Origin: Pyrinomonadaceae bacterium
GTDB lineage: Bacteria; Acidobacteriota; Blastocatellia; Pyrinomonadales; Pyrinomonadaceae
DNA: 64,000 nt
Assembly (NCBI GenBank): GCA_044224355.1
Contig: JBGAKP010000002.1
Coordinates: forward strand, 152,626 to 216,625
Reading direction: 5' to 3'
Shown here: positions 8,666-18,194 of the stretch, in pieces
Position numbering within the stretch: the stretch's first letter is position 1
Layout of the letters: each line of letters begins with the position of its first letter
Position numbers and translations under genes: made by a program
The notes under the pieces: generated by a model
Told to the model about the DNA's origin: nothing
Databases searched by the model: none
What the model saw: the letters and a program-made list of their open reading frames with translations, nothing else

Positions 8666-9790
8666 ATGAATAATGAGATCCGATCTCTTTTCCCGGCACT
8701 CGGAACGTATGCGTATCTGAATAGTGCGGCCGTGTCCCCGATGCCAACAACTGCGGTTGACGCAATAAATTCACAGATCCGGGACGTGGCCATGCACGGT
8801 TCGCTGCATTATTCGGGCTGGGTCGATACAAAGGAACGCTGTCGCACCCTTGTTGCCGAGATGCTCGGCATAGGTCGGGAAGAGGCGGCCTTTGTGCGAA
8901 ACACTTCTGACGGTATCGCTTCCATCGCCAACGGGATCGACTGGAAAACAGGCGACAACATCGTCAGTTTTGCAGGCGAATTTCCGTCGAATTTCTATCC
9001 GTGGCGGAGGGTTCGCGACCGATTTGGCGTCGAATTGAGGCTTTGCGGCGAAATTGAGGGACGCGTGAATATCGACGAACTTTTATCAATGATCGACAGC
9101 AGCACTAAGGTTGTGGCGCTTAGTGCGGTCCAGTACGCGTCCGGTTTTCGGGCGGATCTCGAAAGGATCGGACGTGCCGCACGTGCGGCCGATGCGCTGT
9201 TCGTCGTTGACATTATTCAGGCGTTTGGGGCCATATCGCTGGACCTGCCGGCCTGCTATGTCGATGCGGCATGCGGGGCAAGCCATAAATGGCTGTGCGC
9301 ACCCGAGGGCTGCGGCATTATATATCTTTCCGAACGCGCCCATGAGCGGATCGAACCTACGATGGTCGGATGGATAAGCGTTGGCACGCCCTGGGATTTT
9401 GCGGACCGTGAACAGGCCCTTAAACCGAACGCTCTTTCGTGGGAGAGCGGTACCGGCTGCTCGTCCTTGTTTTATGGGTTGGAGCAAAGCCTGACGTTGC
9501 TGAACGAGACCGGTGCTGACCGTATCGAAGAACATCTGTCAGAATTGACCGATCGGCTGTGCAGCGGCATTGCCGGCCTTGAGTATGAGATCGTAAGCTC
9601 AAGAAAGAGCGGCGAGGCGTCACAAATAGTCTGTATTCGCTCCAGGAACGGCATGACCTCAAATCAGATCGCCTCCGCTCTTGAAGCTGAAAATATTATC
9701 GTAAGTCCGCGCGGCGATCGCCTGCGGATCGCCCCGCACTTTTACAATAATGAAGCGGATATCGACCGGCTGATCGGCGCATTGGCCTGA
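8666..9790 (+). CDS. Aminotransferase class V / cysteine desulfurase-family PLP enzyme
   Basis: YLNSAA near the N-terminus and the PLP-lysine block GASHKWLCAPEGCG. Start trimmed to ATG 8666 (MNNEIRSLFP). Confidence 0.85.
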   Translation: MNNEIRSLFPALGTYAYLNSAAVSPMPTTAVDAINSQIRDVAMHGSLHYSGWVDTKERCRTLVAEMLGIGREEAAFVRNTSDGIASIANGIDWKTGDNIVSFAGEFPSNFYPWRRVRDRFGVELRLCGEIEGRVNIDELLSMIDSSTKVVALSAVQYASGFRADLERIGRAARAADALFVVDIIQAFGAISLDLPACYVDAACGASHKWLCAPEGCGIIYLSERAHERIEPTMVGWISVGTPWDFADREQALKPNALSWESGTGCSSLFYGLEQSLTLLNETGADRIEEHLSELTDRLCSGIAGLEYEIVSSRKSGEASQIVCIRSRNGMTSNQIASALEAENIIVSPRGDRLRIAPHFYNNEADIDRLIGALA

Positions 9791-9797
9791 GGGTTCT

Positions 9798-10562
9798 TTA
9801 CCTTAACAAGCGGTCGGCCCGCACCTCGGGTGTAAAACCATCGAGGTTGAGCCGTGTCATGCCGCCGGCGTCAGTATAAGCCGTCATCGCAGCACGCCTT
9901 TTTTCCCTCAGCATAAAGTAGATAAATCCCGCTATCGACCCGCCGAAGATCGAAATGCCTATTCCGATCACGATCACCAATACGGTCGATAAAAAAATGT
10001 CGGACGTGGTGAGAACAAATGCTCGTTCTGCGCTGATTCGAAATGGATTGTCACCCAGCCACTGTATGTCCTTTTCGTACTTTACCTGATCAAGCAAGGC
10101 CTCTGCCGCCGCCGGGTCTTTTGCGTCGAATACGAATGCATTGTAATTGCCGATACGCCTATAGACCGTCGTTTGATCATTAGAACCTGCAAGCGTCTCA
10201 CGAAACCTTTTGTCAGCATCAGACGAAAGCTGCGGCGAAGCGTATTCGACGATCAAAAGCTTTCCGGCCGGATATGCCGCCGTAGCGGCTTCGGTAGCCG
10301 GTGCGAAATCGATCTCGCCCAATGACGGGCGATCGCCGAGGATAGCTTTCAGTGCTTCTGCGTCATGGGCGAAGGCGGCGCTGTTGAGCTTTGATTCCCA
10401 GTCAGGCAGATGCTTTATAAGCACGGGAATACCGTCCGTTTCGGAATACTCCTGCGTTTGGTATTTCGGCTTGACCGGTGTTTGGCCCAGCGAAACTGCC
10501 GCAAAGATCGCCAACACAGCGATACCGGTCAATAGTACGGTCGATCTCACACTTAAGGACAT
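9798..10562 (-). CDS. Hypothetical membrane protein (N-terminal signal/TM, C-terminal TM segments)
   Basis: 254-aa ORF with N-terminal hydrophobic VLLTGIAVLAIFAAVSLG and C-terminal IFLSTVLVIVIGIGISIFGGSIAGFIYFML. No family recognised. Confidence 0.6.
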   Translation of the reverse strand: MSLSVRSTVLLTGIAVLAIFAAVSLGQTPVKPKYQTQEYSETDGIPVLIKHLPDWESKLNSAAFAHDAEALKAILGDRPSLGEIDFAPATEAATAAYPAGKLLIVEYASPQLSSDADKRFRETLAGSNDQTTVYRRIGNYNAFVFDAKDPAAAEALLDQVKYEKDIQWLGDNPFRISAERAFVLTTSDIFLSTVLVIVIGIGISIFGGSIAGFIYFMLREKRRAAMTAYTDAGGMTRLNLDGFTPEVRADRLLR

Positions 10563-10846
10563 TATCTAACGATCGGCAAAAAATTTGAGAAAGTTGATTC
10601 TATCATCAACTTACACCCAACGCTTTTGTATGAAGTCGGTTTCGGGGCATACCAAAACGTGTACTGAATGAAGCAACTGCCCGAGACATGATTCCCGCAT
10701 CCGATATTTGATGATGCACGAATTCAACAGTATGCCCATAAAAATTGAACCAAATGCGTGTTATTGAGTGTAATTCATTAGAACATGACCTTTTTTTCCG
10801 CAATGGCACGCGAATTGATTGAACATGGGCGAGGGGGGTAACGATC

Positions 10847-11524
10847 ATGACAACTAAAATCCTTGATTTCCCGGTTTTTCATAATAATGGGGTTGACAGT
10901 GCGGCGACCGAGAGCGGGCCGAAGGCGAACGTCAAAAGCTTTTCACATATGAAGTATGGCGAAGCGAGCGACCTCGACTTAGCGACATCGGCCGCAAAAG
11001 GGGATTTGTCGGCGTTCGAAGAACTTTATACCAGACATCATCGCCGAGTATATTCGATCTGCCTAAGAATGCTGCAGGATGCCTCTGAGGCAGAGGACCT
11101 TACGCAGGACGTCTTTATCCAGCTTTATCGCAAGATAGGCAGTTTTCGCGGCGATTCGGCCTTTACGACATGGCTGCATCGAATGACGGTGAACCAGGTC
11201 CTGATGCATTTCAGGAAACGGACCGTAAGGTATGAGAAAACGACTGACGAAGGCGAGACGCCTGATCAGGTTGTCACGGGAACTGCCGATCCGGGCAGGA
11301 TGCGGATAGTCGATAAGATCGCACTTGAAAGCGCGATCACGCAGCTTCCGGACGGATATAAGAACGTCTTTGTACTTCATGACGTTGAGGGATTCGAGCA
11401 CGAAGAAGTCGCACGGATCCTCGGCTGTTCTGTCGGAACGTCAAAGTCGCAGCTCCACAAGGCGCGTCTTAAACTGCAGAAGCTGCTTGGCAAGAAAGCC
11501 AATCCCAGGCTGGTCGGTGTTTGA
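10847..11524 (+). CDS. RNA polymerase ECF-type sigma-70 factor with ~45-aa N-terminal extension
   Basis: Region 2 ([34 protein letters not shown]) and region 4 ([34 protein letters not shown]). SD GAGGGGGG lies 8 nt upstream of ATG 10847. Confidence 0.9.
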   Translation: MTTKILDFPVFHNNGVDSAATESGPKANVKSFSHMKYGEASDLDLATSAAKGDLSAFEELYTRHHRRVYSICLRMLQDASEAEDLTQDVFIQLYRKIGSFRGDSAFTTWLHRMTVNQVLMHFRKRTVRYEKTTDEGETPDQVVTGTADPGRMRIVDKIALESAITQLPDGYKNVFVLHDVEGFEHEEVARILGCSVGTSKSQLHKARLKLQKLLGKKANPRLVGV

Positions 11525-11552
11525 CCAGAAGCCTTTCTACCACACATTTCAA

Positions 11553-11587
11553 AGCTGTCCGGGATCGGTTCCGGACAGCTTTTTTTG
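11553..11587 (+). terminator. Rho-independent terminator after the ECF sigma gene
   Basis: Perfect 10-bp stem agctgtccgg (11553-11562) / ccggacagct (11571-11580), 8-nt loop, followed by TTTTTT (11581-11586). Confidence 0.8.
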
Positions 11588-11700
11588 TGAGCAGAGTCGA
11601 GGTAAATCCCGCTCCGATCAAGCAGCCGACCTGGCCCGTGAGGCCGCAATTTGTTCTCAATTTCCTTTTTTTTGAACTGACTTGTGTGTAATCTTTCCTC

Positions 11701-12789
11701 ATGCGGGTACTGCATATTTCGTCGTCGAGAACGTACAGCGGCACCGAAAGGCATATCGGAGACCTCTGCCGCGGACTGGCGGCACGAGGGCACGAGGTAC
11801 ACATGGCGTTGAGGCCGACCAATGAATGGGAAGGCCGGCTTGATTTCCTTGATCCTGAGCGATTGATGCGGACGTCGATCCGAAATTCGTTCGGAATGTT
11901 CAATGCGACGAGGATCGGCAAGTATCTAAAGGAATGCCGCATCGACGTGATCCATGCACATGTCGCCCGCGATTACATCGCATCGGCCGTTGCGGCTCGA
12001 ATTTCAGATACTACCCGATTCGTATTGACGCGGCACATGATGGGGCCTCTCAAGCCGTTTCACCGTCTTGCCCTGCGAAATGCAGATGCAGCGATCGCCG
12101 TGTCGCCGGCGGTTGCAGGCCAGCTTGAACGCACATTCGCACGAAAGAAGATCCATCTGATATTGAACGGGCTTCGCGTCGAACTTGGGAATGAAGAGCA
12201 AACATCGGGCCGGGAGTTTCGTGACTTTCATTCAATCCCGCATGACATACCGCTTATCGGGACGCTTGGTGAGCTAAAACCGTCAAAAGGGCAGCGTGAC
12301 TTCATACTTGCCGCAGGCGAGGTCATAAAAGAAGCCCCGGAATGCCGTTTTGTGATCGCAGGCATCGATCATACGGTTGACCAGCGATTCAAGCGAGAGC
12401 TGAAGCGACTCGCCAGGGTGCTTGGCCTCAGTGACAAGATCACATGGCTCGAATGGCTTGACGAAACCGCGCCGCTTTTTGCCGCGATCGATGTATTCGT
12501 TTCACCGTCGCATTCAGAGAGCTTCGGGCTCGCCATCCTGGAAGCAATGGCGCGCGGCAAGGCCGTCGCTGCGTCTCGTACCGATGGGGCACGCGAGCTG
12601 CTTGGCCGGGCCGGATCGATCTTTCCGGTCAATGCTCCGGTAGAAATGGCCGCTGCGATAGTCGATCTTATCGATGACCGGGACAGGCGTATATCAATGG
12701 GCAACGAGCTTCAGAAGATCGCGTCGGAGCGGTTCTCGGTGGAGAGAATGGTCGATCAAACGGAAGCCCTCTACCGCTCGCTATTTTAG
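11701..12789 (+). CDS. Glycosyltransferase family 4 (GT-B, RfaG-like)
   Basis: 362 aa with MRVLHISSS...GTERH at the N-terminus and the EGFGLA-type block SESFGLAILEAMARGKAVAAS. Confidence 0.85.
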   Translation: MRVLHISSSRTYSGTERHIGDLCRGLAARGHEVHMALRPTNEWEGRLDFLDPERLMRTSIRNSFGMFNATRIGKYLKECRIDVIHAHVARDYIASAVAARISDTTRFVLTRHMMGPLKPFHRLALRNADAAIAVSPAVAGQLERTFARKKIHLILNGLRVELGNEEQTSGREFRDFHSIPHDIPLIGTLGELKPSKGQRDFILAAGEVIKEAPECRFVIAGIDHTVDQRFKRELKRLARVLGLSDKITWLEWLDETAPLFAAIDVFVSPSHSESFGLAILEAMARGKAVAASRTDGARELLGRAGSIFPVNAPVEMAAAIVDLIDDRDRRISMGNELQKIASERFSVERMVDQTEALYRSLF

Positions 12790-12808
12790 TAAACCGTCGC
12801 TTTCCGGA

Positions 12809-13162
12809 TCATTCGTTTATGAAAGTATATGTTTCTGGTTCCCGCTGACTTGAACGGATCGCCGCCACGATCGCGGGCCCTTGCGGAATGCCGGACATAG
12901 ACATACATATCCCTACACTCGAGTCAATAAGTACGGGCCTGGATTTGACTATGAGCAAGCTCGATCCCGTGACCCATTCTACCTTCCAGCAGGAATTGCC
13001 ATATCTCGGATCGAACGGACAACCTGTTATCTGATAAATGTCGCCCAACAACAACGGTTGCCGTCCATCGACCCGGTAACTGGTGCCGGAAAGCGGGGTA
13101 TGGCCGACAAATCCGCCGTGCGGACACAATATGACGCTGTTGCTGTTAAGGATGAATCCCAT
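12809..13162 (-). CDS. DUF4280 / PAAR-like domain protein (orphan)
   Basis: 117 aa. SD GGGAGG lies 10 nt upstream of ATG 13162. The Cys pattern LCPHGG...TGCPF...NSCWKVEWVTGSSLLIVKSRPVLIDSSVGIC matches my recollection of the DUF4280 layout. Confidence 0.55.
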   Translation of the reverse strand: MGFILNSNSVILCPHGGFVGHTPLSGTSYRVDGRQPLLLGDIYQITGCPFDPRYGNSCWKVEWVTGSSLLIVKSRPVLIDSSVGICMSMSGIPQGPAIVAAIRSSQREPETYTFINE

Positions 13163-13280
13163 ATGTTTCTTACCTCCCTTCGGCGTGCTCCCTGGTGTAG
13201 CCCATCGGCTCGTTACTCCGATTATTGTAATTCAATGTCCGTGTTTGAGTCGCTAGCAATTGGAGATTATCTTAGAATTT

Positions 13281-14597
13281 ATGAGATCTGTTGGTTCGGC
13301 CTTCATTTTCCTGATTCTGTTATCAATGAATATATTTTCGCAGGGCCCAAAAGAATTGGCCGAGATATGGGATAAGGATCACATCACTACCATCGATCCG
13401 TCGAACGTTCGCCACGTTGACCTTTTGAAATATCTTGACGAGCTTAAGAGGTTGGGCATCAAGGTCGAACAGGTCGGATCCAGCAACGCGAACCGTGCCA
13501 TCTATCAGGCTGAATTCGGTACGGGCCCGCTAAAGGTCTTTATGTGGTCGCAAATGCACGGCGACGAGCCAACGGCCACCTCTGCTCTCATGGATATGTT
13601 CGCCTTTTTCGCATCAAACCGGGACCTGCCTTGGGTCAAGAAGATCTCGGAAACGATGACGATCAGGATCGTTCCGATGCTCAATCCTGACGGCACCGAG
13701 GCATTTCAGCGGCGAAATCTTCAGGGAATTGACATAAACCGCGACGCCATTGACCTTGCCACACCGGAAGCACGCGTCTTGAAACGGTTGCGAGACGATT
13801 GGTCGCCCTCGATCGGCTTTAACCTTCATAATCAACGATCGCTGACCTCCATCGGCAACACTAACAAACAGGCCGCGATCTCTTTGCTCGTAGTATATGG
13901 AGACGCCGCCAAAACCACCGATGAGGGCTTTGAACGAAACAAACGCGTTGCGGCGGCGATGGTAGATGCTATCGAAAAATTGATCCCCGGACATGTCGGC
14001 CGATATGGCGACGAATATACTCCGACCGCGTTCGGTGACCGTTTTTCAGGATGGGGGACGCCCGTCATCCTCGTGGAAACAGGCTCGCTTTATGGCAAAA
14101 GCGAGATGTTTCTTGTCAAAGTCAATTTTGTCGCGTTCATAACGGCACTTAATTCGCTTGCCACCGGCAGTGAGAAGACCCAGAACCCTCAACCATATTT
14201 GTCATTGATCGAGAACGGCTCGGGCGCCATCTACAATTTCATTTTCCGTCGTGCGAACATCATTCGTTCGCCGAGTTCGCCATCGGGCTTTCAAGCCGAC
14301 ATTGGCGTCAATACCGAGCGACGGAGGGCCAATCAATGGTCGCCCAATTTCATTCGCGAGGTCGGTGACCTCACCAAAGCGAGCGGGCTTGAGGAATTCG
14401 ATGCAAGCGCGTTCAATGTAATTCAGCGTTTTGGCCGGACCATTGTCGGCGAACTTGGCGAACTGTTCTTTTACCGTAAAGAACGTACCGTTGATTTCAG
14501 ATCTGATGATCTCGAACGTCAGTTTCCTCCCGATGCGATATTCTCGGGAGGCAGGTGGATAAGTGGTAAAGGCGTCGTCCCTTTGATAGTCCGTTAG
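13281..14597 (+). CDS. M14 family zinc carboxypeptidase, secreted
   Basis: HxxE zinc motif in WSQMHGDEPTAT, plus NPDG and DINRD blocks. N-terminal signal-like FIFLILLSMNIFSQ. Start trimmed to ATG 13281. Confidence 0.85.
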   Translation: MRSVGSAFIFLILLSMNIFSQGPKELAEIWDKDHITTIDPSNVRHVDLLKYLDELKRLGIKVEQVGSSNANRAIYQAEFGTGPLKVFMWSQMHGDEPTATSALMDMFAFFASNRDLPWVKKISETMTIRIVPMLNPDGTEAFQRRNLQGIDINRDAIDLATPEARVLKRLRDDWSPSIGFNLHNQRSLTSIGNTNKQAAISLLVVYGDAAKTTDEGFERNKRVAAAMVDAIEKLIPGHVGRYGDEYTPTAFGDRFSGWGTPVILVETGSLYGKSEMFLVKVNFVAFITALNSLATGSEKTQNPQPYLSLIENGSGAIYNFIFRRANIIRSPSSPSGFQADIGVNTERRRANQWSPNFIREVGDLTKASGLEEFDASAFNVIQRFGRTIVGELGELFFYRKERTVDFRSDDLERQFPPDAIFSGGRWISGKGVVPLIVR

Positions 14598-14603
14598 GGA
14601 ACT

Positions 14604-16304
14604 GTGTTAAGTCGATTGCGATTAAAGAACATTGCTCTGATCGAAAGGCTCGAGATCGAGTTCGGCTCGGGTCTTAATCTTTTGACGGGCGAAACCGGAT
14701 CCGGCAAATCGATCATCGTTGACAGCCTGAACGCTCTTACCGGAGAACGTGTATTTTCCGATCTGATCAAGCAGGGCGAGACGGGCGGGCAGATCGAGGG
14801 GCAATTCATCGTGCCTTCAAATATTGAATTGCTCCGAGTATTTGAAGAGGCCGGCCTTGATCTGGACAAAGACAATGAGGCCGAGATCATCGTTCGACGA
14901 GACATCGCTGCCACCGGAAGAAACAGGACATTCGTAAATGACCAGATGGTGACCGCCTCATTTCTGAAAAAGATCGGGGCCTATCTTGTTGACATTCACG
15001 GACAAGGGGAACAGGCGGCTGTTTACGACGTCTCGACCCACAGGATATTCATTGATGAATATGCCGGGAATTCCGAACTCTTGGCGGAGGTTTCAACTGC
15101 TTTCTACACGGTAGAAGCTATACGCGATGAACTTTCGACGCTTGAGCACGATGAGAACGAGAAACTCCAGCTGATAGACATTCTGAGATTCCAGTCCGAT
15201 GAGATCGGGCAAGCCTCGCTTGTCGCAGGCGAGGATATCTCGCTCGAAGAGGAAAAACTACGTGCAAATAATATCGAAAAGCTGTCCGCTCTTAGTGCCG
15301 AGGCATTTTCGCTGCTTTACGACGACGGTGGATCGACCCTCGCGACACTCGATCGGGCAACGCGCAAGATAGCCGAGCTGGCCGATTTCGATTCTTCGTT
15401 CGGCGAGTTCAGTACCGAATTAGCCTCGTCACGTGCGGTGATCGAAGATGCGGCTTTGGCTGCGAGAAATTTTCGTGACGCTCTGGAATTCTCGCCTGCC
15501 CGGCTCGAAGAGATCGAAGGGCGGCTGGCTGAGATATCGCGATTGAAACGAAAATACGGCAGCACCGTCGAGGAAGTTCTGGCACATCGGCAGCATTGTG
15601 ACGAGCGGCTGGAAAGCATCGAAACGTCAGAGGTTCGTGCCAAAGAACTAAAGACGGATCTCGAAGGGGCCGTTTCCACATATCTTCAATGTGCCGCGCG
15701 GCTCCACGATGCCCGCATCGCGGCAGCTCGCCGATTTGAGAAGGACGTACTCCGCAGCCTTGCAGATGTTGCCCTCGAAACTGCAAGTTTCGAAGTAAGG
15801 ATCGATGCTCCGGACATTTCCGAACGGGGAATGGCTTCGCCGCGATTTGCCGTACACGGCATTGACCGTGTCGAATTTTACTTTTCCGCAAATCCGGGAG
15901 AAGTACCGCGGGCGATCTCAAAGGTGGCCTCCGGCGGCGAGGCGTCACGTCTGATGCTCGTGCTTAAAACGGTCGTCAAAGCATCATTTACGGAAAAGGC
16001 GGCTGTTTTTGACGAGGTCGATGTCGGTATCGGCGGGCGTATCGCCGAGTCGGTCGGCCGCAAACTCAAAGACCTTTCTGTTCGGCAGCAGGTAATGTGT
16101 GTGACCCACCAGCCTCAGATCGCGAGCCTCGCCGACCGGCATTTTCTAGTTGAAAAGACGGTATCCGACGGGCGAACCAAAGTCGCGGTCCGCGAACTCG
16201 ACCGAGCGGCACGCGTCGAAGAGATCGCCCGAATGCTGGCCGGTGAGACCGTCACTGACGCTGCCCGCAAGAACGCACGCGCGATGCTGGCCGCCGCCAA
16301 ATAG
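14604..16304 (+). CDS. recN: DNA repair protein RecN
   Basis: 566 aa. Walker A GETGSGKSIIVDSL, a long coiled-coil middle region, and the C-terminal FDEVDVGIGG signature. Confidence 0.95.
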   Translation: MLSRLRLKNIALIERLEIEFGSGLNLLTGETGSGKSIIVDSLNALTGERVFSDLIKQGETGGQIEGQFIVPSNIELLRVFEEAGLDLDKDNEAEIIVRRDIAATGRNRTFVNDQMVTASFLKKIGAYLVDIHGQGEQAAVYDVSTHRIFIDEYAGNSELLAEVSTAFYTVEAIRDELSTLEHDENEKLQLIDILRFQSDEIGQASLVAGEDISLEEEKLRANNIEKLSALSAEAFSLLYDDGGSTLATLDRATRKIAELADFDSSFGEFSTELASSRAVIEDAALAARNFRDALEFSPARLEEIEGRLAEISRLKRKYGSTVEEVLAHRQHCDERLESIETSEVRAKELKTDLEGAVSTYLQCAARLHDARIAAARRFEKDVLRSLADVALETASFEVRIDAPDISERGMASPRFAVHGIDRVEFYFSANPGEVPRAISKVASGGEASRLMLVLKTVVKASFTEKAAVFDEVDVGIGGRIAESVGRKLKDLSVRQQVMCVTHQPQIASLADRHFLVEKTVSDGRTKVAVRELDRAARVEEIARMLAGETVTDAARKNARAMLAAAK

Positions 16305-16388
16305 TCACAACAAAGGATATAGACCGAAAGCGAGTCTTTGGTATTCTGGCTTGTATCGAATGGTGCTTACCTGTGGTTTAATTTCCTT

Positions 16389-17432
16389 ATGAAGCCTCCG
16401 GTCATTGCTCATGTAATTCGCGGAGAGACGATCGAGTCGATCCACCGCGGGCATTTTGCCGTCGTGGACGGCCTCGACAACGTCGTTCATTCGGCGGGCG
16501 ACCCTGGCGTGGTAACCTATTTCCGCTCGGCTTCAAAGGCGTTCCAGGCGATGCCGTGTTTGACGAGCGGAGCATGCGACCGTTTCGGTTTTAACGATGA
16601 AGAGATCGCTCTGGCCGTCGCATCCCACTCGGGTGAGCCGCGACATGTCGAGATCGCAGCTCGAATGCTTGCCAAGATAGGCTTGTCAGAGAGCGACCTT
16701 CGATGCGGCTCCCATCTTCCCTTTAATGTGGCCGAAGCCCATCGCATGATAGCCGCGGGCGAAAAGCCGACACAGCTTCACAACAACTGTTCGGGCAAAC
16801 ACTCTGCGATGCTCGGCCTGGCGGTGCATTTGGGCGCTGACATCCGGAATTACGAATCGCTCGCAAATCCCGTTCAGGAAGCGATCCTCGACTGCGTATC
16901 ACGGTTCACCGACATCTCGCCGCACGCGATAGCGATCGGCATTGACGGCTGCGCGGCGCCTAACTTTGCCGTTCCCTTGGCTTCAATGGCAAAAAGCTAT
17001 GCTCGGCTGATCTCGCCTCCGGAAAACATAGGAGCAGAAACCCGAGAATCTTGTTCTCGCATCGTTTCGGCAATGCTCAAGTATCCGGAGCTTATAGGCG
17101 GAACAGAACGCCTGGACACCTTGATAATGCAGGCCGCCCCCGGAAAATTGATATCAAAGGTCGGAGCCGACGGCGTTTGGCTCGGCGGCGTTTTGCCTTG
17201 TGAAAAATGGCCAAATGGCCTCGGTATAGCACTAAAGATCGAGGATGGCGACGACTTCATTTCACGACCGGTTGTCGTGATCGATATCCTGCGAAAGCTA
17301 GGCATTTTATCAGAAGACGACCTCACAGACCTTTCGCCGATGCCGGTCACGAATCGGCGTGGCGACCTTGTCGGACGGGTAATGTCGGTCGCTTTTCACA
17401 ATCCCGAGGCTCAAATAACTGACCAACTATGA
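16389..17432 (+). CDS. Asparaginase II family (PF06089-like) protein
   Basis: VIRGETIESIHRGHFAVVDG and FRSASKAFQA blocks typical of this family. Start trimmed to ATG 16389. Confidence 0.75.
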   Translation: MKPPVIAHVIRGETIESIHRGHFAVVDGLDNVVHSAGDPGVVTYFRSASKAFQAMPCLTSGACDRFGFNDEEIALAVASHSGEPRHVEIAARMLAKIGLSESDLRCGSHLPFNVAEAHRMIAAGEKPTQLHNNCSGKHSAMLGLAVHLGADIRNYESLANPVQEAILDCVSRFTDISPHAIAIGIDGCAAPNFAVPLASMAKSYARLISPPENIGAETRESCSRIVSAMLKYPELIGGTERLDTLIMQAAPGKLISKVGADGVWLGGVLPCEKWPNGLGIALKIEDGDDFISRPVVVIDILRKLGILSEDDLTDLSPMPVTNRRGDLVGRVMSVAFHNPEAQITDQL

Positions 17433-17440
17433 AGAATCGG

Positions 17441-17872
17441 TCAACTCTTTGAATTTGGATCGATTAGCCGAATACCCGGAAATCGCATAAAATCGCGATC
17501 GGTGCTAGCCACGGTCGCTCCGCACGACAATGCCATAGCCGCGACATGAGCGTCCATAACGAGATCTCCTATCGCCTGCCCTTCGACGAGCATTTTTGCG
17601 TAGATCGGCCAATTTCGTTTTTCAAATGAAACTAAGTGAACATTATCCAGATCGAGCCAAGTTTGAACGATGTTCACCGCTTTATGGATTGTCGTAGGAT
17701 GAGCAAGCGCTCGTGGATGTGTGACGATTCGAAGGAAGCCTGTGATCGCATGCCATGAGAAAAAAACTTGTTCATTATCCAGCACCGACTTCAGCCAATC
17801 ACGAGAGTTTTCGTGAAATGGACTTTTCGCGTCATACGCATATAGCAATACATTGACGTCGGGAAAGATCAC
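17441..17872 (-). CDS. vapC: Type II toxin, PIN-domain VapC family
   Basis: 143 aa. N-terminal MIFPDVNVLLYA (acidic PIN residue) and C-terminal TDRDF. Has a 4-nt overlap with the upstream antitoxin gene. Confidence 0.9.
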   Translation of the reverse strand: MIFPDVNVLLYAYDAKSPFHENSRDWLKSVLDNEQVFFSWHAITGFLRIVTHPRALAHPTTIHKAVNIVQTWLDLDNVHLVSFEKRNWPIYAKMLVEGQAIGDLVMDAHVAAMALSCGATVASTDRDFMRFPGIRLIDPNSKS

Positions 17873-18120
17873 CTGCGAAACGGTCCTTCCAACCGATCGA
17901 GAAGTTCCTCGATGTTATCGAAGTTAAGATCCTCGCGGAGGCCCAGATTTAGAGGCTCAATTTTAAAATCATTCTTTGTCTTTGAGCCTTTCGCCGTTGA
18001 ATTCAGCCCCTTTCGCAGTACATCATTCACAATTTCTTTAAAAGATCGAGCCGGATCATCTGCTTTGATTCGTTTGAGTCCAAAGACGATATCGTCATCA
18101 ATTGTTAACGTCGTTCTCAT
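17869..18120 (-). CDS. vapB: Type II antitoxin (VapB-like, MRTTLTIDDD type)
   Basis: 83 aa. The N-terminus MRTTLTIDDDIVFGLK is typical of antitoxins paired with PIN toxins. Overlaps the vapC start. Confidence 0.8.
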   Translation of the reverse strand: MRTTLTIDDDIVFGLKRIKADDPARSFKEIVNDVLRKGLNSTAKGSKTKNDFKIEPLNLGLREDLNFDNIEELLDRLEGPFRR

Positions 18121-18194
18121 AGGACTATGATACCTCGATTTAGCAGAGCATACAACACCAATGCATCAATCCGTTGATGCGTTGATGTCTTGGA

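Noticed and set aside
10749-10790. Possible autoregulated ECF-type promoter (TGAACC ... GTGTAA) upstream of the sigma gene
   Set aside because: The spacing and the -10 element do not match the usual GAAC-N16/17-CGTC pattern convincingly. It is too weak to call from sequence alone.
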